Source: an uncultured Clostridia bacterium (GTDB lineage: Bacteria; Bacillota; Clostridia; Christensenellales; CAG-138). Taken from it: DNA of 53,702 nucleotides. The notes under the pieces were generated by a model that ran no database searches, had not been told where the DNA came from, and was given only the letters and a program-made list of their open reading frames with translations. Shown piece after piece: positions 1 to 10,138 of the stretch. Location: the NCBI GenBank assembly GCA_905235205.1, contig CAJOKM010000003.1:1-53702 (forward strand). The letters are read 5' to 3'. A program made the position numbers and the translations under genes. Positions within the stretch are counted from its first letter, which is position 1; every line of letters starts with the position of its first letter.

Positions 1-237
1 ATGAACGTCGGCGGCATCTTCGAGTGCTACAATAAGCCGGTTGTCACCATGACGTACGAGACCTTAAAGGATCATCCGCTGATCGACAAGAGCACGATCG
101 GACTTTCCGGTTCTCCCACGAACATTCTGACCTCCTTCACGCCGCCGCAAAAGGGCGCGGGCACCATGCTCGAAGGCGACGGAAAGGAAACCACCGACAA
201 GCTCGCGGGCATCCTTGCCCAAAAGCACATGATCTGA
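1..237 (+). CDS. etfB: Electron transfer flavoprotein beta subunit, C-terminal part (truncated by window start)
   Basis: IGLSGSPT motif typical of the EtfB C-terminus; immediately upstream of etfA. Confidence 0.85.
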   Translation: MNVGGIFECYNKPVVTMTYETLKDHPLIDKSTIGLSGSPTNILTSFTPPQKGAGTMLEGDGKETTDKLAGILAQKHMI

Positions 238-255
238 GGAAGGGGGAACGGAATT

Positions 256-1377
256 ATGGCATTCAACAGCACCGAAATCGAAGCCTTCAAAAACGTCTGG
301 GTCTTCTGCGAACAGCGGAACGGCGAAATGATGCCCACCACGTTTGAACTGATCTCCGAGGGCAGAAAGCTTGCCGACGAGCTCGGCGTACAGCTTTGCG
401 GCATCCTTTTGGGCGACGGTGTGGACGGCATCGCGCCAGAGCTCGGCACATACGGCGCGGACAAAGTCTACGTGTATAACAGCCCGCTTCTGAAACACTT
501 TACCACCGACGCGTATACCAAGGTCATCGCCGACGCGGTCGAGACGTTCAAGCCGGAGATCCTGCTGTTCGGCGCGTCCACGATCGGACGCGACCTCGCG
601 CCGCGCTGCGCGGCACGGCTGCACACCGGTCTTTGCGCGGACTGCACGCATCTGGACATCGACCTTGACAATTACCAGAAATTCCTGCGTGAAGCGTCGA
701 CGCTGCCCGAGGAGCGCATCGAGCGCACCAAGAGCGTGCGCGTCGCCGGCGCGGACCATTCCGTGGCGCGCGATCTGAAGATGACGCGTCCGGCGTTCGG
801 CGGACACCTCATGGCGTCCATCATCTGCCCGCGCTTCCGCCCCGCGATGGCGACGGTCCGCCCGGGCGTGATGAAGAAACGCGAGAACCCGCGCACCGCC
901 GAGATCCTGCATCCGGCGTTTGCGCTTGCGGCAGAGGACATCAAGACCGAGGTCGTCGAGACCGTCAAGGCGGCGAAAAAGCTCGTCGACCTGATCGGCG
1001 CGGACTTCATCGTGTCCGTCGGCCGCGGCATCAGTAAGGACGTGGAAAAGGGTCTCGCGCTTGCCGAAGAGCTCGCGAACGAGCTCGGCGGCGTGGTCGG
1101 CGCGTCGCGCGCGTGCGTGGACGCGGGCTGGATCAGCGCGGATCATCAGGTCGGGCAGACCGGCAAGACCGTGCATCCCAAGGTGTACGTCGCGCTCGGC
1201 ATCTCCGGCGCGATCCAGCACAAGGCGGGCATGCAGGAATCCGAATGCATCATCGCCGTCAATAAGAACGCGACCGCGCCGATCTTCGAGTGTGCGGATT
1301 ACGGCATCGTGGGCGACCTCTTCAAGGTCGTGCCCGAGCTGATCGAATCCATCCGCGCGCAAAAAGCGGCAAAGTAA
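256..1377 (+). CDS. etfA: Electron transfer flavoprotein alpha subunit
   Basis: [23 protein letters not shown] and [11 protein letters not shown]-binding motifs; SD GAGG/AGGGGG upstream. Confidence 0.95.
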   Translation: MAFNSTEIEAFKNVWVFCEQRNGEMMPTTFELISEGRKLADELGVQLCGILLGDGVDGIAPELGTYGADKVYVYNSPLLKHFTTDAYTKVIADAVETFKPEILLFGASTIGRDLAPRCAARLHTGLCADCTHLDIDLDNYQKFLREASTLPEERIERTKSVRVAGADHSVARDLKMTRPAFGGHLMASIICPRFRPAMATVRPGVMKKRENPRTAEILHPAFALAAEDIKTEVVETVKAAKKLVDLIGADFIVSVGRGISKDVEKGLALAEELANELGGVVGASRACVDAGWISADHQVGQTGKTVHPKVYVALGISGAIQHKAGMQESECIIAVNKNATAPIFECADYGIVGDLFKVVPELIESIRAQKAAK

Positions 1378-1385
1378 AATAAGCC

Positions 1386-1420
1386 AAACATCCCGGGGAC
1401 TTGCTCCCCGGGATGTTTTT
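1386..1420 (+). terminator. Rho-independent terminator after etfA
   Basis: 14-bp stem aaacatcccgggga / tccccgggatgttt ending in a T-run. Confidence 0.85.
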
Positions 1421-1555
1421 CTCCTGTCGCGCATAGCGAACCTGCTGATGAAATGGCAAAAAAACAAGTTTTTTGAAGGAACGTGAAGAAATTTTCCGAT
1501 CCACAGCGCCTATATCGATATGATAGAGGCAATTTGAAAAAGCGAGGGACGCAAA

Positions 1556-2092
1556 TTGGCAAACAGGCTGATCAATTACTTCACGCAGCACTATGACGAT
1601 CTGATCGTTACCGCCGTGCGGATCACCCGAAACGTTGCGGACGCAGAGGACGTCATGCAGAACGTCGCGGTCGCGCTATGCAAAAGGGACAGCGAGGCGG
1701 AGAGCGTGGGAAACTGCGGCGCGTTCATTGCAGTCTGTATCCGCAGGGCGGCGATCAGCATGTTCCGTCACAGATCGCACGAACAGGTGACCGATCCGTA
1801 TTTTCTGGAGATCTATCAGGAGCGCGCGGCGGAGAGTGAGGCAAACGACCGGTCGGGCTACGCGTACGCGGAGTGGGTGTCGTCCCTTGAAAGCCATCTT
1901 GGCGAATACCCCGAAGAAATGCGAAACGCCTTTATCGCACACTACGTCGACGGCGTTCCGCTGGAAACGCTCGGCGAACAGCTCGGGCTGTCCGTCAAGG
2001 CGCTCTCCGGGCGGTTCGCAAGGATGCGGAAGGCGCTGAAAAACAGCTCGCGATCCATGTTCGATCAATTCAACGTGCTGATCCTCTTCTGA
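1556..2092 (+). CDS. ECF-type sigma-70 family RNA polymerase sigma factor
   Basis: 178 aa; region 2 DAEDVMQ motif; region 4 HTH (MRNAFIAHYVDGVPLETLGEQLGLS); TTG start with GAGG SD. Confidence 0.8.
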   Translation: MANRLINYFTQHYDDLIVTAVRITRNVADAEDVMQNVAVALCKRDSEAESVGNCGAFIAVCIRRAAISMFRHRSHEQVTDPYFLEIYQERAAESEANDRSGYAYAEWVSSLESHLGEYPEEMRNAFIAHYVDGVPLETLGEQLGLSVKALSGRFARMRKALKNSSRSMFDQFNVLILF

Positions 2093-2099
2093 AAACGCT

Positions 2100-3371
2100 A
2101 TGAACGGATATCGAAAACTTACCGGACCGGAAAGAAAGCAGATCGAGCGGACGGCGTTGGACCATCCGTTTTTCGACGTGCCCGGAACGGTTCTTTCGCG
2201 GAAGGAAGCGAAGGCGATCGTCTGCGCCGCCGCGGATCGGAAAACCGGAACGGAGATCGTAAAGGAAGCGTGTATCAAAGCGGGCGTTCCGTATCCCGCG
2301 TCGCTCGACGCGCGTCCGCGGCTGTCCGAGACGTTCAAAGAACTTTTCACGGTGCCGGCGATCCGCCGCATAGGCATTGCCGTGCTCGCGCTGATCCTGA
2401 TCGTCGTCTTCTTTGCCGCCACGCCGATCGGAAGATCGGTGGCGGAAAGCGTGATCCGGTACATTGGAACGGTGATGGACGGAGGCGAACTGATCATCAA
2501 CCGGAGCGACGTCGATAATCCGTCGACGATCGTTTCAAATGATAAAAACGAAGTCAAAGACACAATATGGGTTGAGAGCGAAGATACTGCCGTGTATCTG
2601 GACTCGTTCGCCGCGTTTACGGAGACGACGGGAATAACGCCGTTCGTACTGCCGCTGCCGTGCATAGAACTGTACTACAACTATGACGAGATGATTGACT
2701 ACCTGGCGCTGTTTGCAACGTATGAGACGCCCAGCGGTATCGTCATTACAGTACAGATCTGGGGCGTAGAAGATATGGGCTTTCGAGCGGAAACAGATTT
2801 TACGGTGTATGACACAGATAATTCGATCTATTATTCAATCGGGGGAGCAAGCGGTGAAATCGATTGTGTAAAGATACTGGAGGATTCCGTTTTTACGCTG
2901 ACGTCCCGTGGCAGCTATACGCTGGACGAGCTGATCGGCATGCTGACGGGCCCGGATGCGGGCACTGTTGATGCAACGATCGACGACAGCGACGATACCG
3001 AGTTGTACGTCTACGTGGATTCTTTTGAAGAATTCACGGAAGCGACGGGGAAAACGCCGTTCGTGCTGCCGCTGCCGCAGAAGGAACTGTACTATTTCAA
3101 TGTGCCCGGAGAAGATGAACTGACGCTGTTCGCAAGATACGACGTGCCGGACGGAAGTCTCGTTGAGTTTCAGATCTGGAACGCGGAGGATCTGGCTTGC
3201 TTCGCATCGACGGACTATAGGGCGTACGGCACGGACGGATCTCTCTTTATTGCGATCGAAGACGACGGAACCATCTGCTGCAAAAAACTGCTCGAAGACT
3301 CCGTCCTCTCTCTGACGTCCAAAACTGTCTATACGCTGGACGAGCTGATCGATATGCTGAAAGACGGGTAG
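2100..3371 (+). CDS. Putative anti-sigma factor: short cytoplasmic N-terminus, one TM helix, tandemly duplicated ~120-aa extracellular domain
   Basis: 7 nt downstream of the ECF gene; TM segment IGIAVLALILIVVFFAA; two homologous copies of VYxDSF..FTE.TG.TPFVLPLP...LEDSV..LTS...YTLDELI.ML. Confidence 0.6.
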   Translation: MNGYRKLTGPERKQIERTALDHPFFDVPGTVLSRKEAKAIVCAAADRKTGTEIVKEACIKAGVPYPASLDARPRLSETFKELFTVPAIRRIGIAVLALILIVVFFAATPIGRSVAESVIRYIGTVMDGGELIINRSDVDNPSTIVSNDKNEVKDTIWVESEDTAVYLDSFAAFTETTGITPFVLPLPCIELYYNYDEMIDYLALFATYETPSGIVITVQIWGVEDMGFRAETDFTVYDTDNSIYYSIGGASGEIDCVKILEDSVFTLTSRGSYTLDELIGMLTGPDAGTVDATIDDSDDTELYVYVDSFEEFTEATGKTPFVLPLPQKELYYFNVPGEDELTLFARYDVPDGSLVEFQIWNAEDLACFASTDYRAYGTDGSLFIAIEDDGTICCKKLLEDSVLSLTSKTVYTLDELIDMLKDG

Positions 3372-3485
3372 GCTGCGTGGAATTTTGACGCGCCCGTGCG
3401 TCAATTTATTATAGGAGCGGCGCTCCGGTCTTTTTGAACGAAACGAAAGACGGTCTATCGCGGTTTTTTGAAGGAGGATTCAAAC

Positions 3486-5651
3486 ATGAAAAAACGCTTG
3501 CTGGCATTCGTTCTCTGCGTACTGCTTGCCGCAACGGCGCTCCCGCTGACGGCGGCAGCCGAAACGGCGGTTCTGTTCGCTTCGTCGGGCGGCTCGTCGC
3601 ATTTTCTGGATATCAATGCAGCAAACTTCCCGGACGAGAGCCTGCGGTCGTACATCATCAGAGAACACCATGCAAAGTGGGACTCCAAAACAAGAAGCTA
3701 CTATATGACGGAGGAACAGGTCAAGGCGGCGACCGTTTTTGATATCAAACTGTCTTTCTTTATTCCTTTACACCTCGGTCCGATCACCGATTTCAAGGGA
3801 ATTGAGCATTTTACGGAACTGCGCGTACTGAGCTGCTATACGGATGGATTGACAAAGGTATCCCTCAAGAACCTGGATCTTCGTAACAATACAAAACTGG
3901 AGGAACTCTCCGTGCGGGAGTACCTTCTTTCGTCGCTCGATCTAACCCGGAATACGGCGCTGAAGAAAATCTGCATCTTCGGAGACTGGCTGGAGCTGGA
4001 GTCTCTGGAACTCGGAAGGAAACCGAACCTGACGTATCTGGAGCTCAGACATCATCAATTCAACGGGTGGGCGTCGATCACGCGGCTGGATGCGTCGCAG
4101 TGTCCCGCGCTGGAAACGCTTCTCTGCGAGAGATTGATGCTCAATTGGGTCGATCTGAGCAAGTGCACCGCGCTGAAAGACGTTACGCTGAATGACTGCC
4201 GCCTGTCGAAGCTGGATCTGACCAGAAGCAAAAAATTAGAAAAACTGGTTTGTTGCGATAACGTCATCACCGATCTCAGACTCGGCGAAAAACCGGCGAT
4301 GACGCATTTGAACGTAAATCGCAACCGGCTGACGGAACTGGACGTCAGCGGGTATACCAAGCTCACACAGCTCAGCTGCGCGTGGAACCGTATGACGGAA
4401 CTGGATGTGTCAAAAAACACCCGTCTGACGCTTTTGGACTGCCGCGGCAACGAGTTCGAGACGCTGGATCTGAAAAAGAATGCCGCGCTCAAGACGCTGT
4501 ACTGCGATCAGAACCGGCTGACGGAACTGGATCTTTCGAAGAACACCAAGCTGGACAATCCCATGGTGAACTGGCAGGAGATCTATTCTGCGGAACCGTT
4601 TCAGGAATCGGGTTCTCAATATACCTTCGATCTCGGCGCGCTCGTGGCCGATCCGTCGAAAATCAGCGTGGACGTCGAGCGCAACCAGGTCTTCGTGGAC
4701 GATTATGATTACACCTGCTCGTACGACAAATCCACGGGGATCCTGACCGCGTCGAAGGCGGTCGGCAAGATCGCGTATCTGTATGACACCGGAAGAGGCA
4801 AAATGGAAGTCCAGGTCATGGTGGGACCCGGGCCGGAGATCGGTCGTATCGATTTGGCGAAAACCAACCTTGATTACAAGGGCACGACCCCGTACATGGT
4901 CTACGACGGAGCCGAAAAAGCGCCGGCGTTTGCCGTATACGGAAAGGACGGCTGGTTGATTTCGCCCGTTTACTACGAGTATTCGTATACGGACAACGTT
5001 CTGCCCGGAACGGCAAAGCTCGTCGTGAAGATGAAAGGATCGAACAAAACCATGAGCGCATGGTTCAAGATCTATCTGCCTGCGACGACAACTACGACGG
5101 TGCAGAACGTGCAAAACGGCATCCAGATCAGCTGGAAGAAGGTCAACGGCGCGAAGGGATACGTCATCTACCGTCGCGCGTGGAATCTGGTCGACAAAGG
5201 ATGGACAACCTTCGAACGCTGGAACAATACGACCAAGACCACGTGGACGGATACCAAAGTCTATGCGGGCACGCGGTACCAGTACGGCATCAAGGCGTAC
5301 TTCAAGGATCCGATGGACAACTACAATCTCGGCATCGTCGGACCGCTGAAAACAACGGTGCGCATCACCACGCGAACGCTTTCAAGCGTCACGCCGGGCA
5401 GCAAGTCCCTGACGGCGAAGTGGGCGGGATCAAAGCTGTTCACGGGATATCAGGTACAGATCGCGACCGATGCGGCATTTAAGAGCGGTCTCAAGACGGT
5501 CACGGTCGGAAACGCGAAGACGTATCAGCAAACGATCAAGGGTCTGAAATCCATGACAACCTATTATGTGCGGATCCGTTCCTACCATGTTTTCGACGGC
5601 ACGACCTACTACGGGCAGTGGTCGAACGTTCTGTCCTGCAAGGTCAAATAG
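3486..5651 (+). CDS. Secreted leucine-rich-repeat protein (21-aa IRREKO-like repeats) with C-terminal fibronectin type III-like domains
   Basis: SD AAGGAGG then ATG 3486; signal peptide MKKRLLAFVLCVLL...AAA; NFPD cap; LxxLxCxxNxLTELDxSKNTxL repeats; W...GYxIYR and YYVRIRSY...WS FN3 motifs. Confidence 0.85.
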   Translation: MKKRLLAFVLCVLLAATALPLTAAAETAVLFASSGGSSHFLDINAANFPDESLRSYIIREHHAKWDSKTRSYYMTEEQVKAATVFDIKLSFFIPLHLGPITDFKGIEHFTELRVLSCYTDGLTKVSLKNLDLRNNTKLEELSVREYLLSSLDLTRNTALKKICIFGDWLELESLELGRKPNLTYLELRHHQFNGWASITRLDASQCPALETLLCERLMLNWVDLSKCTALKDVTLNDCRLSKLDLTRSKKLEKLVCCDNVITDLRLGEKPAMTHLNVNRNRLTELDVSGYTKLTQLSCAWNRMTELDVSKNTRLTLLDCRGNEFETLDLKKNAALKTLYCDQNRLTELDLSKNTKLDNPMVNWQEIYSAEPFQESGSQYTFDLGALVADPSKISVDVERNQVFVDDYDYTCSYDKSTGILTASKAVGKIAYLYDTGRGKMEVQVMVGPGPEIGRIDLAKTNLDYKGTTPYMVYDGAEKAPAFAVYGKDGWLISPVYYEYSYTDNVLPGTAKLVVKMKGSNKTMSAWFKIYLPATTTTTVQNVQNGIQISWKKVNGAKGYVIYRRAWNLVDKGWTTFERWNNTTKTTWTDTKVYAGTRYQYGIKAYFKDPMDNYNLGIVGPLKTTVRITTRTLSSVTPGSKSLTAKWAGSKLFTGYQVQIATDAAFKSGLKTVTVGNAKTYQQTIKGLKSMTTYYVRIRSYHVFDGTTYYGQWSNVLSCKVK

Positions 5652-5698
5652 TCGCGGCATCGGCACCGCCGCAACGAAAACAGAAATGAAACCCGCGG

Positions 5699-5727
5699 TT
5701 GACATCCGCGGGTTTGTGCGATACAAT
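5699..5727 (+). promoter_or_regulatory. Sigma-A promoter of the pheST leader
   Basis: TTGACA (5699-5704), 17 nt, TACAAT (5722-5727). Confidence 0.85.
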
Positions 5728-5734
5728 AAACCTT

Positions 5735-5968
5735 GCGTTGAAGGTGTGAAGTACCGTCCGAACGCAGTCGAAAGAGAGCCTCCGCCGCGGCTGAAAGCGG
5801 AGGAACAGAGCACGGACAGGGAAGGTTCGGCACCGGAGCATCTCCGTTTCGGAGCGCTGCCCCGCGTTATCGGGGAAATTGAGAGAAGGGAAAGAATCCC
5901 TTAATTTGGGTGGTACCGCGGAAACAGGGTTTTTCGTCCCATGCGTTTGCATGGGGCGTTTATTTTTT
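5735..5968 (+). promoter_or_regulatory. T-box riboswitch, Phe specifier
   Basis: AGTA, AGAGA and GCTGA stem I motifs; GAA then specifier TTC (5826-5828); T-box AATTTGGGTGGTACCGCG (5903-5920); terminator cgtcccatgc/gcatggggcg plus T-run (5935-5968); upstream of pheS. Confidence 0.93.
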
Positions 5969-5983
5969 GCAAGGAGGACGGAA

Positions 5984-7009
5984 ATGGACAATAGGATCCA
6001 ACGGCTGCGCGAGCAGTTTTTAGAAAACCTGCAGCGCGCGAACGCCGCGGAGGCGTTTGAAGAGCTGCGCGTTCAGTATCTCGGCAAGAAAGGCGAGATC
6101 ACGGGACTTTTGAAGAATATGGCTTCGATCGAGCCCGAACGGCGCAAGGAGTACGGCGCGCTGGTGAACCAGCTCAAGGAGGAAGCCGAAAACGGCATCA
6201 AAAAACGCATGGAGGAGGCGCACGCGCGTGAGCTGAACGCGCGCATCGCGGCGACCGAGCGGTACGATCTGACGCTTCCGAGCATGGTGCGGCAGGGCAG
6301 TTATCATCCGATCACGCTTGTGCAGCGCGAGGTCGAGCAGATCTTTGCGTCGATGGGCTTCACGATCGAGGACTACGACGAGATCGTCGACGACTACCAC
6401 TGCTTCGAGGCGCTGAACATCCCGAAGCACCACCCCGCGCGCGATATGCAGGATACGTATTATCTTTCGAACGGACAGCTACTAAAGACGCACACCTCCG
6501 CCGCGCAGAACGCGATCATGAAAAAGTACGGCGCGCCGCTTCGCGCGATCTTTCCGGGACGGTGCTTCAGAAACGAGAGTACCGACGCCTGCCACGAAAA
6601 CACGTTCTTCCAGATGGAAGGCATCATGATCGACGAGAACATCTCGATCTCGAACCTGATCTACTTCATGAAGACGATGCTCTCCGAGGTCTTCCAGCGC
6701 GACGTCAAGGTGCGGCTGCGTCCGGGCTTCTTCCCGTTTGTCGAGCCGGGGTTTGAGCTCGATATCTCGTGCCTGATCTGCGGCGGCGAAGGCTGTCCGT
6801 CATGCAAGAACAGCGGCTGGCTCGAACTGTGTCCCTGCGGCATGATCCATCCGAACGTGCTGAAGGCCGGCGGCATCGACACCGAGAAGTACACGGGCTT
6901 CGCGTTCGGGCTGGGCTTGACGCGGCTTGCGATGATGAAGTACGGGATCAAGGACATCCGCGACCTGAACAGCGGGAATCTGAAATCCCTCGACCAATTC
7001 GTGAAGTAA
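5984..7009 (+). CDS. pheS: Phenylalanine--tRNA ligase alpha subunit
   Basis: HPARDMQDT, FFPFVEP and GFAFGLG motifs; SD AAGGAGG before ATG 5984. Confidence 0.97.
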   Translation: MDNRIQRLREQFLENLQRANAAEAFEELRVQYLGKKGEITGLLKNMASIEPERRKEYGALVNQLKEEAENGIKKRMEEAHARELNARIAATERYDLTLPSMVRQGSYHPITLVQREVEQIFASMGFTIEDYDEIVDDYHCFEALNIPKHHPARDMQDTYYLSNGQLLKTHTSAAQNAIMKKYGAPLRAIFPGRCFRNESTDACHENTFFQMEGIMIDENISISNLIYFMKTMLSEVFQRDVKVRLRPGFFPFVEPGFELDISCLICGGEGCPSCKNSGWLELCPCGMIHPNVLKAGGIDTEKYTGFAFGLGLTRLAMMKYGIKDIRDLNSGNLKSLDQFVK

Positions 7010-7021
7010 GGAGGAAGAGCC

Positions 7022-9382
7022 ATGAACGTTTCCATGAACTGGATCTCCGAATACGTGGACCTTACGGGTCTCGATCGGGAGGAGCTGATCCGCCGCTTCA
7101 CGCTGTCCACCGCCGAGGTGGAGGAGGTCTATCATTACGGTACGGAGATCAACGGCGTACTCGTCGCCGAGATCACAAAGATCGACGAGCATCCGAACTC
7201 GAAAAAACTGCATCTTCTTGAACTGAACCTCGGCGATCACACCGATCGGTGCGTATGCGGCGCGCCCAACGTGCGCGTCGGCATGCGCGTTCCGTTTGCG
7301 CCGCTCGGCGCGTCGGTCAAGGGCATGACGATCGGCGAAGCCACGATCGCGGGCGTGAAGTCGTGCGGCATGTGCTGCTCGGCGGCGGAGCTCGGCATTG
7401 CGGACGCGTCTTCGGGTCTTCTGGAACTGCCCGCGGATGCGCCGCTCGGGAAAGCGGTCAAGGATCTGTACGCGTTTGACGATATCGTGTTCGAGGTGGA
7501 CAACAAGTCGCTGACCAACCGTCCCGATCTGTGGGGACACTACGGCATCGCGCGCGAGTTTTCCGCGATCGCGAAGCGTCCGTTAAAGCCGCTCGCGCTC
7601 GATGATCTTACGAAGTACGACGCGCTCGATCCGGTGCCGCTCGGCGGCATTGACGGCGAGCTGTGCTACCGCTATTCCGCGATTCGCGCGGATGGCATTA
7701 CAAAGACGGTGAGCCCGATCGACATGCAGATCCGGCTCTACTACTGCGGCATGCGCGCGATCTCGCTTTTAGCCGATCTGACCAACTACGTCATGCTCGA
7801 GCTCGGGCAGCCGACGCATGCATTCGATTCGCGCAAGGTCGGCACGATCGGCGTACAGCGCTATCCCGAGCCGTTCCTGTTCAAAACGCTCGACGGCACG
7901 GAGCGCAGGATCGATCCCGAAACGCTGATGATCACCAGCGACGGCAATCCCGTCGCGGTCGCGGGCGTGATGGGCGGCGAGAACAGCGAGATCGTCGCCG
8001 ATACGGATTCGGTCACGCTCGAATGCGCGACGTTTTCGGCGGTCTCGGTGCGCAAGACCTCAAGCCGGATCGGATTACGGACCGACGCAAGCATGCGCTA
8101 TGAAAAGACGCTCGACCCGGAGCTTTGCAAGGCTGCCGCGGCGCGGTTTTTGAACCTGCTGCTTTCGATCGATCCGGGCGCGAAGGTAATGAGCCGCTAT
8201 ACCGACTGCTACCAATACCGCTATCCGGACATCGATCTGCACTTTACAAAGGCGTTTGTCGACCGCTACACCGGCATCGACATCTGTGACGCGCAGATCG
8301 AGGACACGCTGACACGACTCGGCTTCGAAGTCCGGCGCGACGGCGCGGCGTTCGACGTGAAGGTCCCGTCGTGGCGCGCGACCAAGGACGTCACGATCCC
8401 GGCGGACGTGATCGAGGAGATCACGCGCATCTACGGCTACGACAACTTCAACATCGAAACGACGATGAGCGCGTTAAAACCCGTCCTGCCGCAGCAGGGC
8501 AAGGCGGACGAAGCGGCGGTAAAGGACGCGCTGGTCAAATCGTTCGGACTGCACGAGGTGCATACCTATCTGTGGTGCGACGCGAAAAAGCTCAACGAGC
8601 TGAAGATCCCCGTGCCCGAGAACGTATCGCTTTTAAACGGCATGAATCCGGACACGACGGTGCTTCGAACGGCGATGATGCATACGCTTCTGCCCGTGCT
8701 TCGCGAAAACCGCTTCTACGCGCCTGCGTTCGGCATCTTTGAGATCGGCAGAACGGTCAAAGGCGTCAAGCCCGACGGCACCGCGAACGAGCGCAGAACG
8801 CTCGGCGTCGCGCTGCTCTCGCATGACAAGGAGCGCACGGCGTTCCTCGGCGCGCGCGATATGATCGCGTCGATCCTTTACGATCTTCGCCGCAAACAGC
8901 CGACGTTTACGCGGATCGAGCCGATCAATGCGTGGGAGCACCCCGCAAACACCGCGGCGATCGTGCTTGACGGCAAGCAAATCGGCACCATGAGTACCGT
9001 GCATCCCGAAATCGCCGCGCAGATCGATAAGAAAGCCGCGCTTGTAACGCTCGAGCTCGATATGGACGCGCTTGCGGAGATCCCCGGCGACGAACTCACA
9101 TACCGCGAGCCGTCGCGCTTCCCGGGCATCGATATCGACCTGAGCTTTGTCGTCGATAAAGACGTGACGTTCGCGGACGTGACGCGTCCGTTCTACGCGG
9201 ACCGCGACGAAACGCTTTCGGACATCACGCTTGTGGATATCTACGAAGCGGAGGGCAAGAGCCTGACGATCCGGCTCTCGTTCGTGTCGCAGGTCAAAAC
9301 CCTGCAGAAGCAGGAGGTGCAGGCGTATATCGACCGCATCCTCGACGTACTGGCAAAAGAGAACATCCGGCTGCGCGCATAA
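7022..9382 (+). CDS. pheT: Phenylalanine--tRNA ligase beta subunit
   Basis: VCGAPNV, NRPDLW and DVIEEITRIYGY motifs; follows pheS. Confidence 0.97.
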   Translation: MNVSMNWISEYVDLTGLDREELIRRFTLSTAEVEEVYHYGTEINGVLVAEITKIDEHPNSKKLHLLELNLGDHTDRCVCGAPNVRVGMRVPFAPLGASVKGMTIGEATIAGVKSCGMCCSAAELGIADASSGLLELPADAPLGKAVKDLYAFDDIVFEVDNKSLTNRPDLWGHYGIAREFSAIAKRPLKPLALDDLTKYDALDPVPLGGIDGELCYRYSAIRADGITKTVSPIDMQIRLYYCGMRAISLLADLTNYVMLELGQPTHAFDSRKVGTIGVQRYPEPFLFKTLDGTERRIDPETLMITSDGNPVAVAGVMGGENSEIVADTDSVTLECATFSAVSVRKTSSRIGLRTDASMRYEKTLDPELCKAAAARFLNLLLSIDPGAKVMSRYTDCYQYRYPDIDLHFTKAFVDRYTGIDICDAQIEDTLTRLGFEVRRDGAAFDVKVPSWRATKDVTIPADVIEEITRIYGYDNFNIETTMSALKPVLPQQGKADEAAVKDALVKSFGLHEVHTYLWCDAKKLNELKIPVPENVSLLNGMNPDTTVLRTAMMHTLLPVLRENRFYAPAFGIFEIGRTVKGVKPDGTANERRTLGVALLSHDKERTAFLGARDMIASILYDLRRKQPTFTRIEPINAWEHPANTAAIVLDGKQIGTMSTVHPEIAAQIDKKAALVTLELDMDALAEIPGDELTYREPSRFPGIDIDLSFVVDKDVTFADVTRPFYADRDETLSDITLVDIYEAEGKSLTIRLSFVSQVKTLQKQEVQAYIDRILDVLAKENIRLRA

Positions 9383-9394
9383 AAGGAGGAGCAT

Positions 9395-10138
9395 ATGGCG
9401 TTCAATGTACAAAAAGTCAAGGAAGACCTGTGCAGATGGCTGAACGAGTGGTTTTTGGAGAACGGACCCGGCTGCAACGCGGTCATCGGCATCTCGGGCG
9501 GCAAGGACAGCTCGGTCACGGCGGCACTGTGCGTACAGGCGCTCGGAAAGGACCGCGTGATCGGCGTTTTAATGCCCAACGGCGAGCAGTCCGACATCGA
9601 CGTGGCGCTGGCGCTTACGAAGCATCTCGGCATCCGCGCCTACGTGGTCAACATCAAGGACGCGTACGACGGCGTGGTCAACGCGGCGAAGGCGGGCGGC
9701 GTGGAGTTGTCCGATCAGGCGTACATCAACCTCGCGCCGCGGCTTCGCATGAGCACGCTGTACGCGGTTTCGCAGTCGCATAACGGGCGCGTCATCAATA
9801 CCTGCAACCTAAGCGAGGACTGGGTCGGCTATTCCACGCGCTACGGCGATTCGGTGGGCGACGTGTGCCCTTTGGGCAAGCTGACGGTCGCGGAGGTCAA
9901 GGAGCTCGGAACGTACCTCGGGCTGCCGGACATGTTTGTGCACAAAGTGCCCAGCGACGGACTGTGCGGCAAGACGGACGAGGATAACCTCGGCTTTACC
10001 TACGCGGTGCTCGACCGCTATATCCGCACCGGCGAGATCGAAGATCCCGAAACAAAGGCACTGATCGACCGCAAGCACAAGGCGAACCTTTTCAAGCTCG
10101 AACTGATGCAGACGTTCCCCTACGAGCCGGAAGCATGA
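9395..10138 (+). CDS. nadE: NH3-dependent NAD+ synthetase (no glutaminase domain)
   Basis: IGISGGKDSS PP-loop; NLAPRLRM, GYSTRYGD and PSDGL motifs; 247 aa. Confidence 0.92.
   Translation: MAFNVQKVKEDLCRWLNEWFLENGPGCNAVIGISGGKDSSVTAALCVQALGKDRVIGVLMPNGEQSDIDVALALTKHLGIRAYVVNIKDAYDGVVNAAKAGGVELSDQAYINLAPRLRMSTLYAVSQSHNGRVINTCNLSEDWVGYSTRYGDSVGDVCPLGKLTVAEVKELGTYLGLPDMFVHKVPSDGLCGKTDEDNLGFTYAVLDRYIRTGEIEDPETKALIDRKHKANLFKLELMQTFPYEPEA

Noticed and set aside
3850-4560. Repeats in the LRR gene as a diversity-generating or DNA-level repeat system
   Set aside because: They are degenerate protein-level 21-aa repeats; there is no reverse transcriptase or template/variable repeat pair
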